Shown: positions 1 to 13,876 of the stretch, in pieces
How the letters are laid out: the number at the start of each line of letters is the position of its first letter
How positions within the stretch are numbered: the stretch's first letter is position 1
Assembly: GCA_964658305.1 (NCBI GenBank)
Contig: OZ210885.1
Span: forward strand, 2,790,001 to 2,854,000
Length of the DNA: 64,000 nt
Reading direction: 5' to 3'
Source: Leptogorgia sarmentosa
Lineage: Eukaryota
Notes under the pieces: model-generated
Databases searched by the model: none
What the model was told of the DNA's origin: nothing
Seen by the model: the letters and a program-made list of their open reading frames with translations, nothing else
Made by a program: the position numbers and the translations under genes

Positions 1-3000
1 TGGACTTATAACGTTTCAGTTCGTTTACTAAGGCGTCGTGTTTTTATAAATATTTTCAAATACTTGCATATATCAATCACATGTGCATAATTCCAATATG
101 ATTCCATTTAAAACAGCAGCATTAATGTATCTAATATGATCGCCTGTAAAACAGCAGCATTAATGTATCTAATTTGATCATGAGGCACATGAAGTACATT
201 GAAACAGTAATATAAAGACAAGTATACAACATTGCATATATGCACACATAATTTATTATATTATATATGATATATGCGCACATAATTTATATAAGCATAA
301 TTGGAAGTAAAGCAACGACCATATTGAGTTTCATTCTTTGTTCAAGATTATAAATTATATAAGCTACATAATTTTAGTGACATTGGCCAAACAGGTATTC
401 GCTGAATTCAACTTCAATAGCTATATACTCATATTCGAAATATCATTTCTTATACAATAGAAGCATGATTGCTGTAGTTTATTCGGTGACTAATTACTTC
501 ACGAACATAAAATATTTCTGATTTGAACCTAAATGATATAATAGGATTCCACGTTTCGAGAAAAAGCCCCTTATGGAGAATTTGTCAATTGGGAATTTCC
601 CGACGAAGGGCCTTTCCCAAAACTCTTATTAATTTTTATTATTATTACACAAATCTTATTATATCGTTTAGGTAGTGAGTGAAACTTTTACTGCTTCTTA
701 ACTATAGTCCACAATAGTAAATGGAAGGAACCACTTCTGAACTCCTCATCAATCATTATACTGTTGTTATTCTAGCTATTCAGGGTGTCCCAAAAAAAAG
801 TCACCGGCCTCTGTAGAAATCAGCTATTTTATTGTCAAACGTGCGTTGTAATGCTTTGAGAATATACTCGGACAGAAGTATTTATTATAACAGCACGCGC
901 TTTTGTTGCTGTTCGTCAGAAGCTAATTTAAATTTCCAGAGGCGCAATAACCCGAGATTAACAACAAAAGAGTGGTTTTTATAGAGGGGACGTTTTTGGG
1001 TCAATTGCTCAATGCAGCCATGAAAAGGAAGCTAACTGCATGTATAAGCTAATGTAAAAGCATTGGATTGATGAGGAACGCCGAAAAGATTAGGGATATT
1101 AACAAATAAGCGACAAACAAGACACGATTCATAACGGATATTTGAGACACCGGACGAGAATAAGCGTGGTCTCAAGTGGTGCCCTCTTGCGTCCTCTACC
1201 GTCTTGCACAAAGGAGGTTTTGATTATAACAGGAAGATTTTAGATCACGATTTTTTATTAAAATCTGCGTTGGCGAGCCAAAACCAAGGAAAATGAACAT
1301 CTGACTTTAAGACTTAGCTACTTCCTATAGTTCCAATTCAGATGTAGTTTAAATTTAAACATGTGTCGTGGTACAATGCGCGCAGGTTTGTCATAGTAGG
1401 GCCTTCTTACCTTAGAAGTCATAAACCTAGCACTAAAGCTAATTCTATTTCTTCGAAATCTAACATAAGAGAGTCGACGTGATCATGTTGCTTCCTTGTC
1501 GCTGAATAAAATAATGAAATTAGAATTCAATCTAAAAATTCGAAAAACTGACACTATACAATTAACCTAGTTCGAATTCAATATAATTATCCGTGTGGCT
1601 GTTGCTACTCCTACTCCCTATAAGTTTTAAATTCGATATATGTATATATATATATATGGTGTCAACATTTTACTAAGAATTAACAAAGAATAAAGGAATT
1701 GGCCAGTTATATGTTTTCACGCATATTGTAGGTCGTAGTAGAAGCCTTAGCTACTTATTTTCTTATCAATTGGCACAGTGTAGCTATATTTACGCCCGAT
1801 GCGGAATTTTAGGCCATTTAATAGTGTACTGGCTGCCTGGACGCACTAAAAGCTTTATAACTCTATAAATTAACGCAATTGAACTTTTAACCAATTTATG
1901 GGAAAAAAATTCGTTTAGTGACATGACTTTACCAATGATTGTGATATTTTACAGTAATCTTTACAGCGACGGCAAATGAGAACTCAATGAATCTTCGGTA
2001 TATGTGTCGGAACATTATTCTACTCTTAAATTTCTTGTCCTATGTGAATTATAGAAAAATCATGATACTATACCGGTATACTGAATTAAGTTCAGTTCGG
2101 GGAGTTCGACTGATTAAGCGAGTTCGAGTTAGCGAGGTTCTACTGTATATAGGAAATATCGTTAATTGGCAGTGCATGTGTATCCCTATTAGGCTTTGTA
2201 CGGTATATATGCTCAAGATTTTTCACATCCTGAAATTGAAAATCTGCTTCTCGAAAAACAGTCTCCATGTCTGTGCTTATAAAAGAACACTTGGTTATAT
2301 TCAAGAGATTCAAGTGCCGCCAAGACAAATCAAGGACTGTCTTGCTCACTTCAATAAAATTTCTGTTTTACCAAACAATAAAAAATGGGCAAAATACGCT
2401 TGAGATTATACTATAAAGAACTTCCAGCTATGACTGTGGTATCGCGTCATCGGCATGATTTATTGGGGTGACACTGATAACTACAACATATTAAACTTAA
2501 CTAACACTTTGCGGTTTGACAAAAAGTATGCAAATATAAAATTATGCAGAAGTTATATAAAGAGGCTAAAGAGACCTTAAGATTGGGACGTTCCCATGCG
2601 GTAAACCGCAAACCGCAAGCGACAAACTTCAAATCGTATTTTAACGTAAGTTCTACAAGACTTTCGGCAGTAAAATATTAGTCACTTTTCATAACTTTTC
2701 ATTTACAAATCACGCCAACTTCGCACAACGAAAATCTGATCTCAATATACGATTTGAAGTTTGCCGTCAGAGGTTAGCCGCATGACGTAAACGTCAATCT
2801 TGAAGTGCCTATTTCAAATTAACCTGTACCTAACTCTAGAACAAGCCTAATACACTTGTATGTTTTGCAAGTTCCTTTTACAAGTTCCTTTTACAAGTTC
2901 GCAAGTTCCTTTTACACACACTGAACAAGGCTGTTTGGATAATCACTCTCAATATTTCAGCCCACACAAACGGTACTTCACCACTCAAGTAGTTCAAGTG

Positions 3001-4289
3001 TCGCGCGGGCAAGTCAAGGACTGTCTCGCTTAATTCAGATAAACTTCCGCTTTTCCAAGTACAGAAAAGATAGCACAAAGCACAGATATATTGTTATCGC
3101 GCTTGTTATTCAAGATATATTCCTTCATGAATCTTCTTTCGTGGCCAGCCCACGTTATAAAAATATTATCGGTTGTATCAAAGGCGTTCAGGCTTCAGCT
3201 AACGGTGCGTAAGCAAAATTTTAAAAACACCCCTATTCATTTTGTAAATAATTGAACCTAAATTTTATCAACTAAATGTGTAGTTCTACGTATAGTTGTT
3301 ATGTTTAGACAGAAGTTTTTAATTCGCTCGTTGTCAATAGTTCATTATTTTGCTTTATATTTTTTACTTATCCACAACCCGCCCCTGGCAAGCAAAGAAT
3401 TGTGCGATAAATTGATAAATAAAAATATAAGGTCCTGGCTTTGTCTTCAGTGCTCTCTATACTGTTGCCGTTGCAAGTTTCGAAATGCCGACAGTCGAGC
3501 ACTTCATTTATTAGCGTCCAGACTCTTTCTGAGTCTTACTAACACTTAGTTCTGACCAGTGATCCAGCTCTATAATAATAATTATATTAATAATAATGCA
3601 TATATACCCAAATAATACTTATAATAACTCATAATAATAACTGTTTATAAAACCCCAGAAATAGCGAAATTAAGAACAAATAAGTGTATTGTTTCTTGTT
3701 GCTATCTTAACATTTTATGCTTTTTAACCCATTCACCATGTTTGGGGTTTTTAATAGACCGAAGAAAACAACACATTTTGTTCGCGGGTTAACCGGTTAT
3801 TCGCTCTTTCGGGGCAACTCTATTCTAGCGAGCATGCAGGTAATCAAAATGCAACATTCTAATAATACTAATATTTAACTAGAAATAGAAAACATTTTCC
3901 GTGTTTCTATAGAGTTATAGAAACACGCGTGGAAGTTTGGGAGAAACGAGAAATTCCGTGGGAACATGAGCACGAAATTCTCGTTCTCCTAAACTTGCAC
4001 TCATGTTTACATAACTCAATGTAAAGATAGGAAAATGTTTTCTATTATTTTTATAAAATAACACGATGACAAAAGCGGAATAACGGAATAGCAAGAAGCA
4101 GCGGGAAATAGCTGTGTTTACATAATCTCACATTAACACGGCTGTTAGCCAATAACGTGCGCGCAATCTTTTTCACTTACTTCCGGTTATTTTATAATAA
4201 GGTGCATACAACGTCATGCGTGCGGCTTGATCAATACACTGTATTCTGACCGATCATCTTAATCAGCATAATTATGTTCGCTTGTCAAT

Positions 4290-4497
4290 GATTCGTAGAC
4301 TAAAACAAAGATATGCGGTCGATGATAATGAAGATCCTCAAATGGAAAATACGGCATCCGCAAATATTGAAAATTCGGAGGACACTAGGCAAAAAATCTG
4401 GATGAGGATTCCTTTCTTGGGTAAGCAAGGGGAATTTTTAATTTAAAAACTCATTAAAAAACTCCAACGTAACCTAACAGAGCCGGTTAAACTAATC
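4290..4497 (+). mobile_element. Degraded Penelope-like retroelement ORF fragment (region between RT and GIY-YIG)
   Basis: Translates as ...DTRQKIWMRIPFLGKQGEFLI*KLIKKLQRNLTEPVKLI, which resembles the post-RT segment of Penelope-like elements. It has an internal stop. Family assignment is from recall only. Confidence 0.5.
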
Positions 4498-5718
4498 GGC
4501 TAATCGGCTAATCGGCTTAATCCGCCCGTAAATATTTAAGGCGTTGAATCGTGTGTTGTGCAATATCCCAAATTTGGTCACTTGAAGCTGACGTCTGTCA
4601 CATGACCGGAGTAGCACAGATAAAATAAATATTTGGCAATTTGAAAATCTCGAAATATTGTAATTGTTTACCGGAGGTTATCCAAAATACACAAATGTTG
4701 ACCTCGAATCAAACGTATTTGTGGCATTTGGAGAATAATCTAAAATAAATTGTCTGTCTTGTTTTTTTTTAATTTTTAAAAAGAGTATTTGAGTTTCTGT
4801 GTATAAACATCCAACTGCTAATTTTGTTAAAAAACATAAACCCCAATCCATGTCAATTAATAAGCGCGTATTTATTTATTCATATTTGCTTATTTTAGTC
4901 TATTTCTTTGCAAAGGATAAGAAATTGCGTCTGCTTTTTGGCTTTAACCTCATGCAGATGTCAAAAGGTTGGTACATAGAAATTTTCTCCCCTTGTGCAA
5001 AATAGCCACCAATACCTGTAGACATAATTTATGCCGAAGACTTCACTGGTGGAAGGTTTCACAGGATTATGAAAACGTTATGAACCTTTCTTAATGAGTT
5101 AATTTTGGTTGTCGAAAATAAAATGCAAATATTTCCTTTCAAAAAGAAAGTGGCGACATCCTTCAAACAATATCTATACACGTTTAAGATTTCGTTTTTG
5201 TCGAATTGAAAGTGAGATTCCTCATCTTGTGCGCTTGCGAACAATTTTAAGAACAGGAAATCCAATATTTGTAGAGTGGAAATATTTGGGCTTGTTGGAC
5301 AGGACGTCTGTAAACTTTGCAATTTTCCTCTCTGTTTTGGAATTTGGCTAGCAAGTGGCTAACTGAAGCCTTGAAAAATGATAACACATTGAAACTACTA
5401 CGGACTGTATTTCCGTAGTCGGAACAAACTTACCAGCATCTTTTTATTTCATATACCAATTTGCGGGGGCGCTTTGTTCAGCCAGCTATGGCAAATAGGA
5501 CACAGCATGACATTGATTCACATAATTACAAGTTATATATTATGTGATATCTGACACAGCTTCGAAAGTCTCGTATATTGACAATATTGTACAAGTCTAT
5601 ACCAATCGTAGAGGCGAGAATAGTTTTGGACTCGATAGTATTCTCAAGTGTTATTATTTTGGTACTTTTTTCGGCGAGATATACCATTGTTTACCTGCAG
5701 TTGGAAACGTTTGTTATA

Positions 5719-8716
5719 ATGGTTGGTCGTGAGACAGGAATTATTGCTTGGTTCATTTTAATGCTTGTGTACTTAAGCACTTCTGACTATGCTGGTCAAT
5801 CCTTTAAGCTTACTCGTTCACCCAACGACAAATTTCAAAATCCTACCGCAACAGCATGTAACTGGCAGGAAGAAAATAAAAAGTTTTGTAAAGATGCTAA
5901 TTCGCGATGCGATGGGAATTGTTGTCAATGCACCTGTGATCATCAAACCTCGACCTTTGTAAGAAACACCATGAAATGTCAAAACAACAATCAGACTCGT
6001 ATGAGTAAGTTTAGATTTTTATTACATAATGTTTATACATTCATTACAACTTGAGGATAATGGATCACGTTTCCTTCATTAAAACCCTCACCTTTCGCAA
6101 GCGGTGCTGGCAACCTAATATTTTGTTTTTGTTTTCAGGGTGCAACACAAAGTTTGACAAGAGTTATAAAGGCAGTCAAATAAAATTACTTAATCTGAGC
6201 AAAACAGGATCAGATATGGTATACTATCCAGTACCTTTTAGGAAAGACAAAGTAGAGTCTTTTGATATCCTCAGCATTGCTTCATACAACGATGGAAGTG
6301 AAATAAAAAACAAGTTTTTACATGAAAAGTACAACGAAAAGCCATCAAAAAGGAATGATGGTAACTGGCAATCCACAATTGAGGTAATCTTGTTCATCAC
6401 CCTGCGGTGACTATAGGATTGATTTAAGACTGTGCCGTTTTCTTGTCAAACATTTAATTTGGCTATAGATGTCGAGCTGGGGCCGGTTGTATAAAAACGT
6501 AGTTAAAGTTAACTATAATTTACGCTAACTACATTTTTATACAACCGGTCTAACTACGTGGTTAAAGTTAACGACTATTTAACTACAAAAAAGCTTGTTA
6601 AAAAGTAGTTAAAAGCTTTATACAACCGGTCGTAGGTCAGTCTTTTGTTCGTTCTGGATCAGTCTTGCATGCAATAGAAACACATTTTTACTTGTCTAAA
6701 TTCACACTACTATGTGTTTTACTTTAGTGGAGCAATGTTTCACCGGGTTACTTTGGCAAGCTGTTCAGAGTTAATATTTTGTATAAAATTGAACGGAAAA
6801 TTAGAGGCAACAAATATGTGATAAACCGTACAGACTGCTTTGTTTTCAAGTCGTCTGGAAGTATAACTGGTGAGGAAATTGAACATTTTGAATTTGTTTT
6901 TCCATTTAGGGGAGTGTTAACTACAAAGTATATAGGTTGAGTCATTCAAAATCGTTCTCCATCGATTTGTATTGCATGCGCTCTTTTCATTGCTCATTGT
7001 TCTCCATGACATCCGCTCAAAATTGCAATGATTGAAAGGATCATTCCGGCATTTAATGTTGTTATGTTTTATTATCATTCTATAGTGACCTATCCAAGTC
7101 CCTCGACAGCATCTCCATCAACTTCACGATCAACTTCACCATCATCTCTACCATCATCTTCACCATCAACTTCACCATCAACGTCACGATCAACACCACC
7201 ATCAACTTCATCATCAACTTCATCATCAACTTCATCATCGTTAAGCACCGACGAAGTTTTCTTCGCTTTACGATCCACTCACGAACCATCTGATGAAACC
7301 CCATTTACAACGCCTGAGGTAAGGTTTTCGAGGAAGTGTTTTTTTTCAATCAATTCCTTTGCACCCAGATTCTTATTCATTTTTGCATGTCCTGTCTTTG
7401 AATTCTGATTAAGGAGTCGACAGAACCCGCCGACAAGGATGGTAGCCTTGGCGCAAGGAAGGGAAACAATAGGGGAGGAAATAACGCTATGACAGTGTCC
7501 TTAGTTATCGCTGCTTGTCTTGTACTGGTCGCTGTTATACTTCTTGTTCTGTGGTTAAGAAGACGGTCTGCAAAAGGATCGAACGAAACAAATGGAGGTA
7601 TAGTCATCAATGATCAATTTCCTGTTATAATTTGTGTTTTATAAAACAGCAACAGCATTACGTCTACGTCTGTGATGTAGTTGTGACAAGCATTTTCACT
7701 TTTAATTTGTAAAATTGTGATGTCAGAACTTATTCCAATTTTATGCTTTCAACAGTAACTGGTGATGAAAACGGAAGTGTGGATGTAAGCAAACTTTTTT
7801 CTGTCAGAATTACATCTGGAATTGTCGTCGTATGCTTCAATATTTATCAAGTTCTCGTATCGTCCTAGAATCCTATGATGATGTCACAAATGGAAAGCAT
7901 TTATGCCGAAGCAGATATTAATTATCTCACAAATGCTAGGAGTATGACTTATATGTACCCGAAAATATCCTCATTCATATCAAATAGTCTAACAGTTTTA
8001 AACCGTCAATCTTTCAAAGCCATGGACGAGTGTATCATGTTATTTCTTGACATAATTGTCCCGAATGTTTTGTGTAGGCACGGATGATGTTGTGTATGAT
8101 TACGCTAATGGAAACTTAGAAAATAATTACACTAGTTTGGACATGAGCAAAGTTGAGAACACACCGACTTATCAATCTCTGATTAATAATACACTGAACA
8201 ACGTGGTACGGTTCCTTATTTTTTATTCAGAATAAATCAGTATTTTTCAACAAATGTCACAGTTATGCCAATAGAAACTTTTTCGAATGAATTTTCGGTT
8301 TTTATAGTATGAGCAGATTCCGGCTAAAGCAATTTCTCCTGATGTGGTTGGCCTCGGCGGACAAACACCAATAGCAGGTACGTTGAATGAGGGGGAGGGG
8401 GGGTTATGGAGTGAGATAAATGTAGATGAGAGGGGTGAGAGAGAGAACTGGAAATAGCTGGAGGTTGGAAATAACTGGAGAGGAAGATGGACGAAGATGT
8501 TATGGAAAAGCAGGGAAGAATAAACAAGAGAGACAGAAGAAAACAGCCTGTTATACATTACTAAGATAAAGATGTATTCTGTTCCATTTAGAACCGTTGT
8601 ATGATGTTGTGGACGGACAAGAGGGAGGTCAAGACCCTGGTGCGATATACAATGTCTTTGATGAACCACACGAGGCTGGAAATTCAAAGACTCGAGAAAT
8701 CCCAGGGAGGAAATAG
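5719..8716 (+). CDS. Type I single-pass membrane protein (~504 aa): signal peptide, Cys-rich ectodomain, Ser/Thr/Pro stalk, TM helix, tyrosine-motif-rich cytoplasmic tail
   Basis: Ten phase-compatible GT-AG exons: 5719-6004, 6139-6383, 6728-6869, 7086-7318, 7414-7597, 7756-7784, 7869-7941, 8078-8205, 8308-8377, 8592-8716 (1515 nt, no internal stop). N-terminal hydrophobic GIIAWFILMLVYL, Cys cluster CDGNCCQCTC, and TM VSLVIAACLVLVAVILLVLWL followed by RRR. Confidence 0.85.
6478..6631. mobile_element. Harbinger-like MITE remnant in intron
   Basis: GGGGCCGGTTGTATAAAAA at the left, with inverted TTTATACAACCGG at ~6537 and ~6617. Related ends occur at 17167-17413 and 36472-36492. Confidence 0.5.
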
Positions 8717-9759
8717 TTCAGGAACTACTGCAAAGACCTGAGCGGTTTTGATAAAAACAACAACTAGCTACGAAATCTATGGGTTCACTTGCAGGTTGAC
8801 TCGTGCTAAATATCACCACACAGTATTAGCTAATTAAACACAGACATCACTCGTGTCAATATAAGTATAAACATATAAGCATTAAATTTCAAAATTTAAA
8901 GGACCAGAATTGTCATATATGTACTGTTGCATAGTTCTGTCTAATTAATATTATAATATAAGATATGATAATTTTTATTCTATAAGCCAAGTAATTAATG
9001 ATCACAACATGGGCTGGCAAGAATCAAGTTTCAGCAGTTATTTTTCTGGTCTCCTGATGGTCTGGTGTCTTCCGTTTATTTGAGCAAGAATTAAAAGTCA
9101 ATTTTTTTTTCTTCCAAAGGTAAACGTTGCAACAGATTACGGATGATGCTTCAAAGGTCTCGTTGAAGATAAGTGGTTAATTGGTACAAGACGTCAAGTA
9201 AATAGGCTTATTCCTCTTTGACTATAAATGAAATATATATATCAAAACAATTAATGAACCCCATCAAATGGCGAGGTCGCTTCGTGACCGTCTAGTTCAG
9301 TGTGTTTGCGAAGGGTACACTGATAAACCCTTCACCATTCGTGGGTTTCAATAAATGTAACTTCGCTGACAGCCTATCTCTTTGCGTTTTGTGGTTGTTG
9401 CTATAATATGATATTTTAAAATATGAAGTATCAGAATCAGAATCAGATTTGATAAAGTCAACATTTATGTTTCCATTTTTGGCGAGATGTTTGAATAAGT
9501 TATTTAACTTGTCTAATTCTGTTTGTATTTCGATTTAGTTCGACTGTTGCATCATCCAAAAGAAAATTTGAGGATCTCAAATCATGCATGGTTGGGATGT
9601 TAAAAGCTAATGACGTACGCGCATGCGCAATGAAATTCCTCAAAACGAGCCCCACAATTACCATGCCTCAAATCTATAATGTGCAATTGGAAGAAGTTTT
9701 AGCCAAATTGCGCAATCTTGAGCCCACGATGGCTCAATGGAATGGGTATGTACTTCATT

Positions 9760-9930
9760 TGACCCCACGGGAAAATTTTGACACTAATTGTGCCACTATT
9801 CCATACTTCAACGCGTACTCAAATCGTAACCTAACACCGTTTCTAACCCAAACCCTAGCCCTAATCTTAAATCTAACCCTAGCCCTAATACAAACCCAAA
9901 CGCGCGTGATACATTATAATCTGGGGTCAC
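9760..9930. repeat. Repeat with degenerate CCCTAA/CCCTAG-like hexamer tract (Helentron/HINE-like)
   Basis: aacctaacacc..ctaacccaaaccctagccctaatcttaaatctaaccctagccctaatacaaacccaaa between ccccacggg and ctggggtc. Similar tracts lie at ~48320-48370 and ~49600. Confidence 0.4.
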
Positions 9931-10271
9931 ATGAAGTAACTCCCATGGAAGAAGGTCACATTTGCGACTGTCAAAACCAAAAAAAACCCGAAAAGGCAGG
10001 CAAGGGCATTTTAAGACACTGGGAACTTTAATTAAAGATAAAATTTCTTGGAAATACTTCATTTTACTATGCTATAATTTTCTAAGGAATTTTATGGAAA
10101 TCTGGGGAAATTTTGAAAAATTTTCACGCCAATCTAAGGAATTCTCAAATTTGGTTGTGAGAGCCCTGCTTGTGACCAGTTACATTTAATACTATAAAGG
10201 AAAAAACTCAAGATATACTCGCGTGTTAGCTACCGGTCCTCTGATAGTCGCTGTTTTGAAGCAGAAAAGAA

Positions 10272-13200
10272 ATGAAGTCCATGTTTTGCTTTTTCGTTTG
10301 TGTCGTTTTATTTCCCAGTATTGCTGAAGGCAAGACATGGGCTTTGCTTACGGCTGGTTCAAACACTTGGGAAAATTACAGACATCAGGTAATCCTCGCT
10401 CGGTAATACAGACAGTGTCAATAATGTATCACGCTATATTTTCATGCATCGTTGAAATTGTTTTCTAAACGTTATTCTGTAATCCTTTTAAAGACTCTCT
10501 TCAGTATAATTCAAACCAAACCAGGGGTGGCGGAACATATTTTATTTTGGGGGGGCTAAATTAGAAAAAAGTTTATCGTAGTTTTTGTCTAAGTGGAAAC
10601 ACAAACGGCATAGCGTATAGTCACTGTAGTGATGTCTCCTACCCGTGAAAAATTGTTCAAAATCTACAAAAATACGGATATCAGGATATGCAATTGTGCA
10701 TAGTGCATACTGTAGAGTGTAGATTATTTGATCATCTCATGACTCAGTGTCTCGCATTCTGGCATTCTTTATGTATTTGGGGGGGGCTAAGCCCTCCCCC
10801 CCCCCCACTTTTACTTCTGGGGGGGCTTTTAGCCCCCTAGCCCCTCTGTTCCGCCGCCACTGAACCAAACAAAATATATTCTGTGCTCGTTTAAGACTTG
10901 TTCTACTCGCAACGACTATGTCAAATATGTCGAATACAAAGCGTTACTGCTCTACTGACTTCAAAACGAAACCGTAAATGAAAACGACACAAAATCCTAA
11001 ACAAAATTGTGATATCGCATGTTGCAGTTGACAAAAGATTACAAAATGCGGTTGTACTTTCATTCTCACAATGTGAAGTCTTGCAACAGTGCGATTATAG
11101 CGGAATGCTCACATGACCCCCCAAGACATGACGTCACAAAGATTAGAACTTCCAAGTTCAAACAACGCAACGGGCGTAGTTTCCGCATGCTAGGTAAATG
11201 GGGATGTTATGAAGTTGGCCTGAAACAAGTCCACTAAAATCTTAAATTTAGACACTACCGCTAAACTATATCCCAAATGATACACGGCCTATATTTCCCT
11301 CTGTATTTTACATCTAGGCTGACATTTGTCATGCGTACCAAATCCTGCATAGAAATGGCATTCCTGATGAGAACATTGTGGTGATGATGTATGATGATAT
11401 TGCTCACAATGACTACAACCCAACACCTAATAAAGTCATTAACAAGGTAATTGCTACATTTCATTATTAACTCGCAATGGGCGTTGGTTACAAATGGTTA
11501 TAAAACCACTGAGTTTAATTGCTTCTTTGCATTAATTTTCTGCTACGAATTGCCTTGTTGTATTCTGACTACAAAGCTCAGCAGTTTTTTTTCAGGCAAT
11601 TTAAATCCATACATTGTTCCTTTTCTAGCCTAACGGCCCTGATGTCTATCATGGCGTCCCAAAGGATTACACTGGAGCGGTACGTAAACATAGGATGGTC
11701 ACGTTATTTAGTTTTGAGCAAATTCTAATAAAAGCTTACCTTCAACTTTTAGGACGTTACTCCAAAGAACTTTTTGAACATCCTGAAAGGAAATAAAGAC
11801 GCATTAAGTGGAATTGGTAGTGGAAAAGTTATTGACAGGTATGGATTAAAAGCTCATTGTGTAATGAGCGAAAATTTTTAGCCTTAAATTTGCTTGCAAC
11901 ATTTTTGTCACGTGATTGTTTTCTTTGTTCACGTGTAGTGGTCCAAATGATCGCGTGTTTGTATACTTTGCTGATCATGGCGCGCCTGGACTTCTTGCTT
12001 TTCCGGGCGAAGCTCCCGTAGTAAGAACTTTTTTTTGAAAAGAAACGTTTTTCCGTCTGCATGAACCTAAATTACATCGCGCTAATACTAAACACTTTTC
12101 GTTTCAGTTAAAAAAGAAGGATCTTTTGGAAGCCTTGAACTTCATGAATGAAAAAAAGAAATACAAACAGGTTCATTGGATGTCTATTATCTGCATTGTA
12201 GCAAATTTGTGTCAATAATTAAGAGTCATTGTTACTAATTATGGATTAATTTTCCTGATTCAATGTTGCAAATTATGGTTCGTTAATTATTCTAGCTGGT
12301 GTTGTATATTGAAGCTTGCGAATCGGGATCAATGTTCTCTTATGGCGGACTGCCTGATAATATCAACAGTTAGTATGAATTAATGTTGTATAAAGTCTAA
12401 ACAATCTTCAAGTAGTTAGGTTCATCCTCCAGTACAAATCGAGTTATATAACTTTCTGTCTTTGCATTTTCTACCAGTTTTTACAACGACTGCGGCGAAT
12501 CCACACGAATCATCTTACGCGACGTACTATGATAATAAAAGAGAAACATACCTTGGTGATCTTTATAGTATTGCCTGGATGGAAAACTCCGACAAGGTAC
12601 ACTATATGAAAACGAAATGAAAAATTAGAAATAGCAGTGAATGCAACGGTGTTTATTCTGCACTTTCAGTCGAATTTGACCACGGAGACGCTTTAACAAC
12701 AATTTCTAAAAGTGAAACAGAGGACAAACCTCAGCCATGTTCAGGAATATGGACAAATGGTGAGTGTGAAAAAAATGATGGGTAGAATCTTTCAATGACA
12801 ATTCAATTACAGTTTTACAAAGCTGTTAAGTTATGTCACCACATCAACAAGTACATGTGAATGTGCAAAGGTCATTTCATACAATTATTTTACCATTTAG
12901 GACATCTCAAAGGAACCAGTAATTGATTACCAAGGTGAAGGCGCTGGATCTTGGTTGCCGGCCAAAGATACACGAGAATATCCTACAGTACGTGTTCACG
13001 AATTATTTCTTCACCATACACAATCTTCTTAAATTCATTGTAAATTTTACTTCTTTGTTTTTCAGACCGACGCAATTCCTGCCCCTGAAGTGCCTGTAGC
13101 TATTCTTGAACGTCGCCTGGAGAAAGCTACTTCACAAAAAGAAAAAATGAAAATTGAAACGAAACTTATGGCTCTTCTTCAGGTGAGTGCTAGCAGAATC

Positions 13201-13876
13201 AGAATGATTCAGAATCATTAATTAATTAAGAATCAAGAGTTAATTAACAATCAGGAATTTGGAATTGAGAATCATTAAATTAAGAATCAGAATCAGATTT
13301 CCAGTTTGGCCTGACCGCCTTTAGAAATTCGTGCTGGTCTTGCAATGTTTCCTTGCTCACGATATGATATGTAAAATTTGACAGGAACGTCAAAGAGTTC
13401 GTAAAACTGTGGAGAGAATTGCAGAGCTAGCAGCCCAGGACGAAGGACAGCAGTTTAGAGTTTTGGAAGGAACATCCGGCAAAGTGACTCAACTTGATTG
13501 TCATGCCGAAGTTGTCGATGCTTTCTCGGAGAAATGTTTTGCTTTGGGAAAGGTTTGTTGTGAGCTAGATATGGTTCTATTTTATGATCTCAAGAACCAC
13601 CGTTTGATCCATGTGTATTTGAATTTTAGAGCGATGCTGCATTACGTCATGTTTATGTATTGGCAAACATGTGTGAAGAAAATATCCCAGTAGGCCAGTA
13701 CCTCAGTAAGTTATGAAACATCTAAAACATTGCGTTGGTCCAAAATTAGGACATCATGCACACAAGACAAAACAAAGGAAAATAATTTGAGTCAATCATC
13801 TACGAGTAGTGTAGAAACTAAATACGTGTGTTTTGTCTTTCCCAGAATCCTGACAGCAATGAAGGAAGCTTGTTAA
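10272..13876 (+). pseudogene. LGMN: Legumain (asparaginyl endopeptidase, peptidase C13), 14 exons, with in-frame TAA at 12694-12696 (null allele, young pseudogene or base error)
   Basis: Spliced translation: signal peptide, [57 protein letters not shown] (catalytic His), YIEACESGSMF (catalytic Cys), [32 protein letters not shown], and a C-terminal prodomain ending LANMCE...MKEAC*. Confidence 0.93.
10522..10862. mobile_element. hAT-type MITE in legumain intron 1
   Basis: TIR CAGGGGTGGCGGAACA / TGTTCCGCCGCCACTG. 8-bp TSD AACCAAAC at 10514-10521 and 10863-10870. Confidence 0.9.

Noticed and set aside
7080..7304. Minus-strand acidic and Met-rich ORFs
   Set aside because: Antisense readings of the 12-bp repeat that encodes the Ser/Thr stalk on the + strand.
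9588..10031. 147-aa ORF and telomere-like tract
   Set aside because: The LTLALI-type translation derives from degenerate CCCTAA-like hexamers in a repeat. It is neither a true telomere nor a credible gene.
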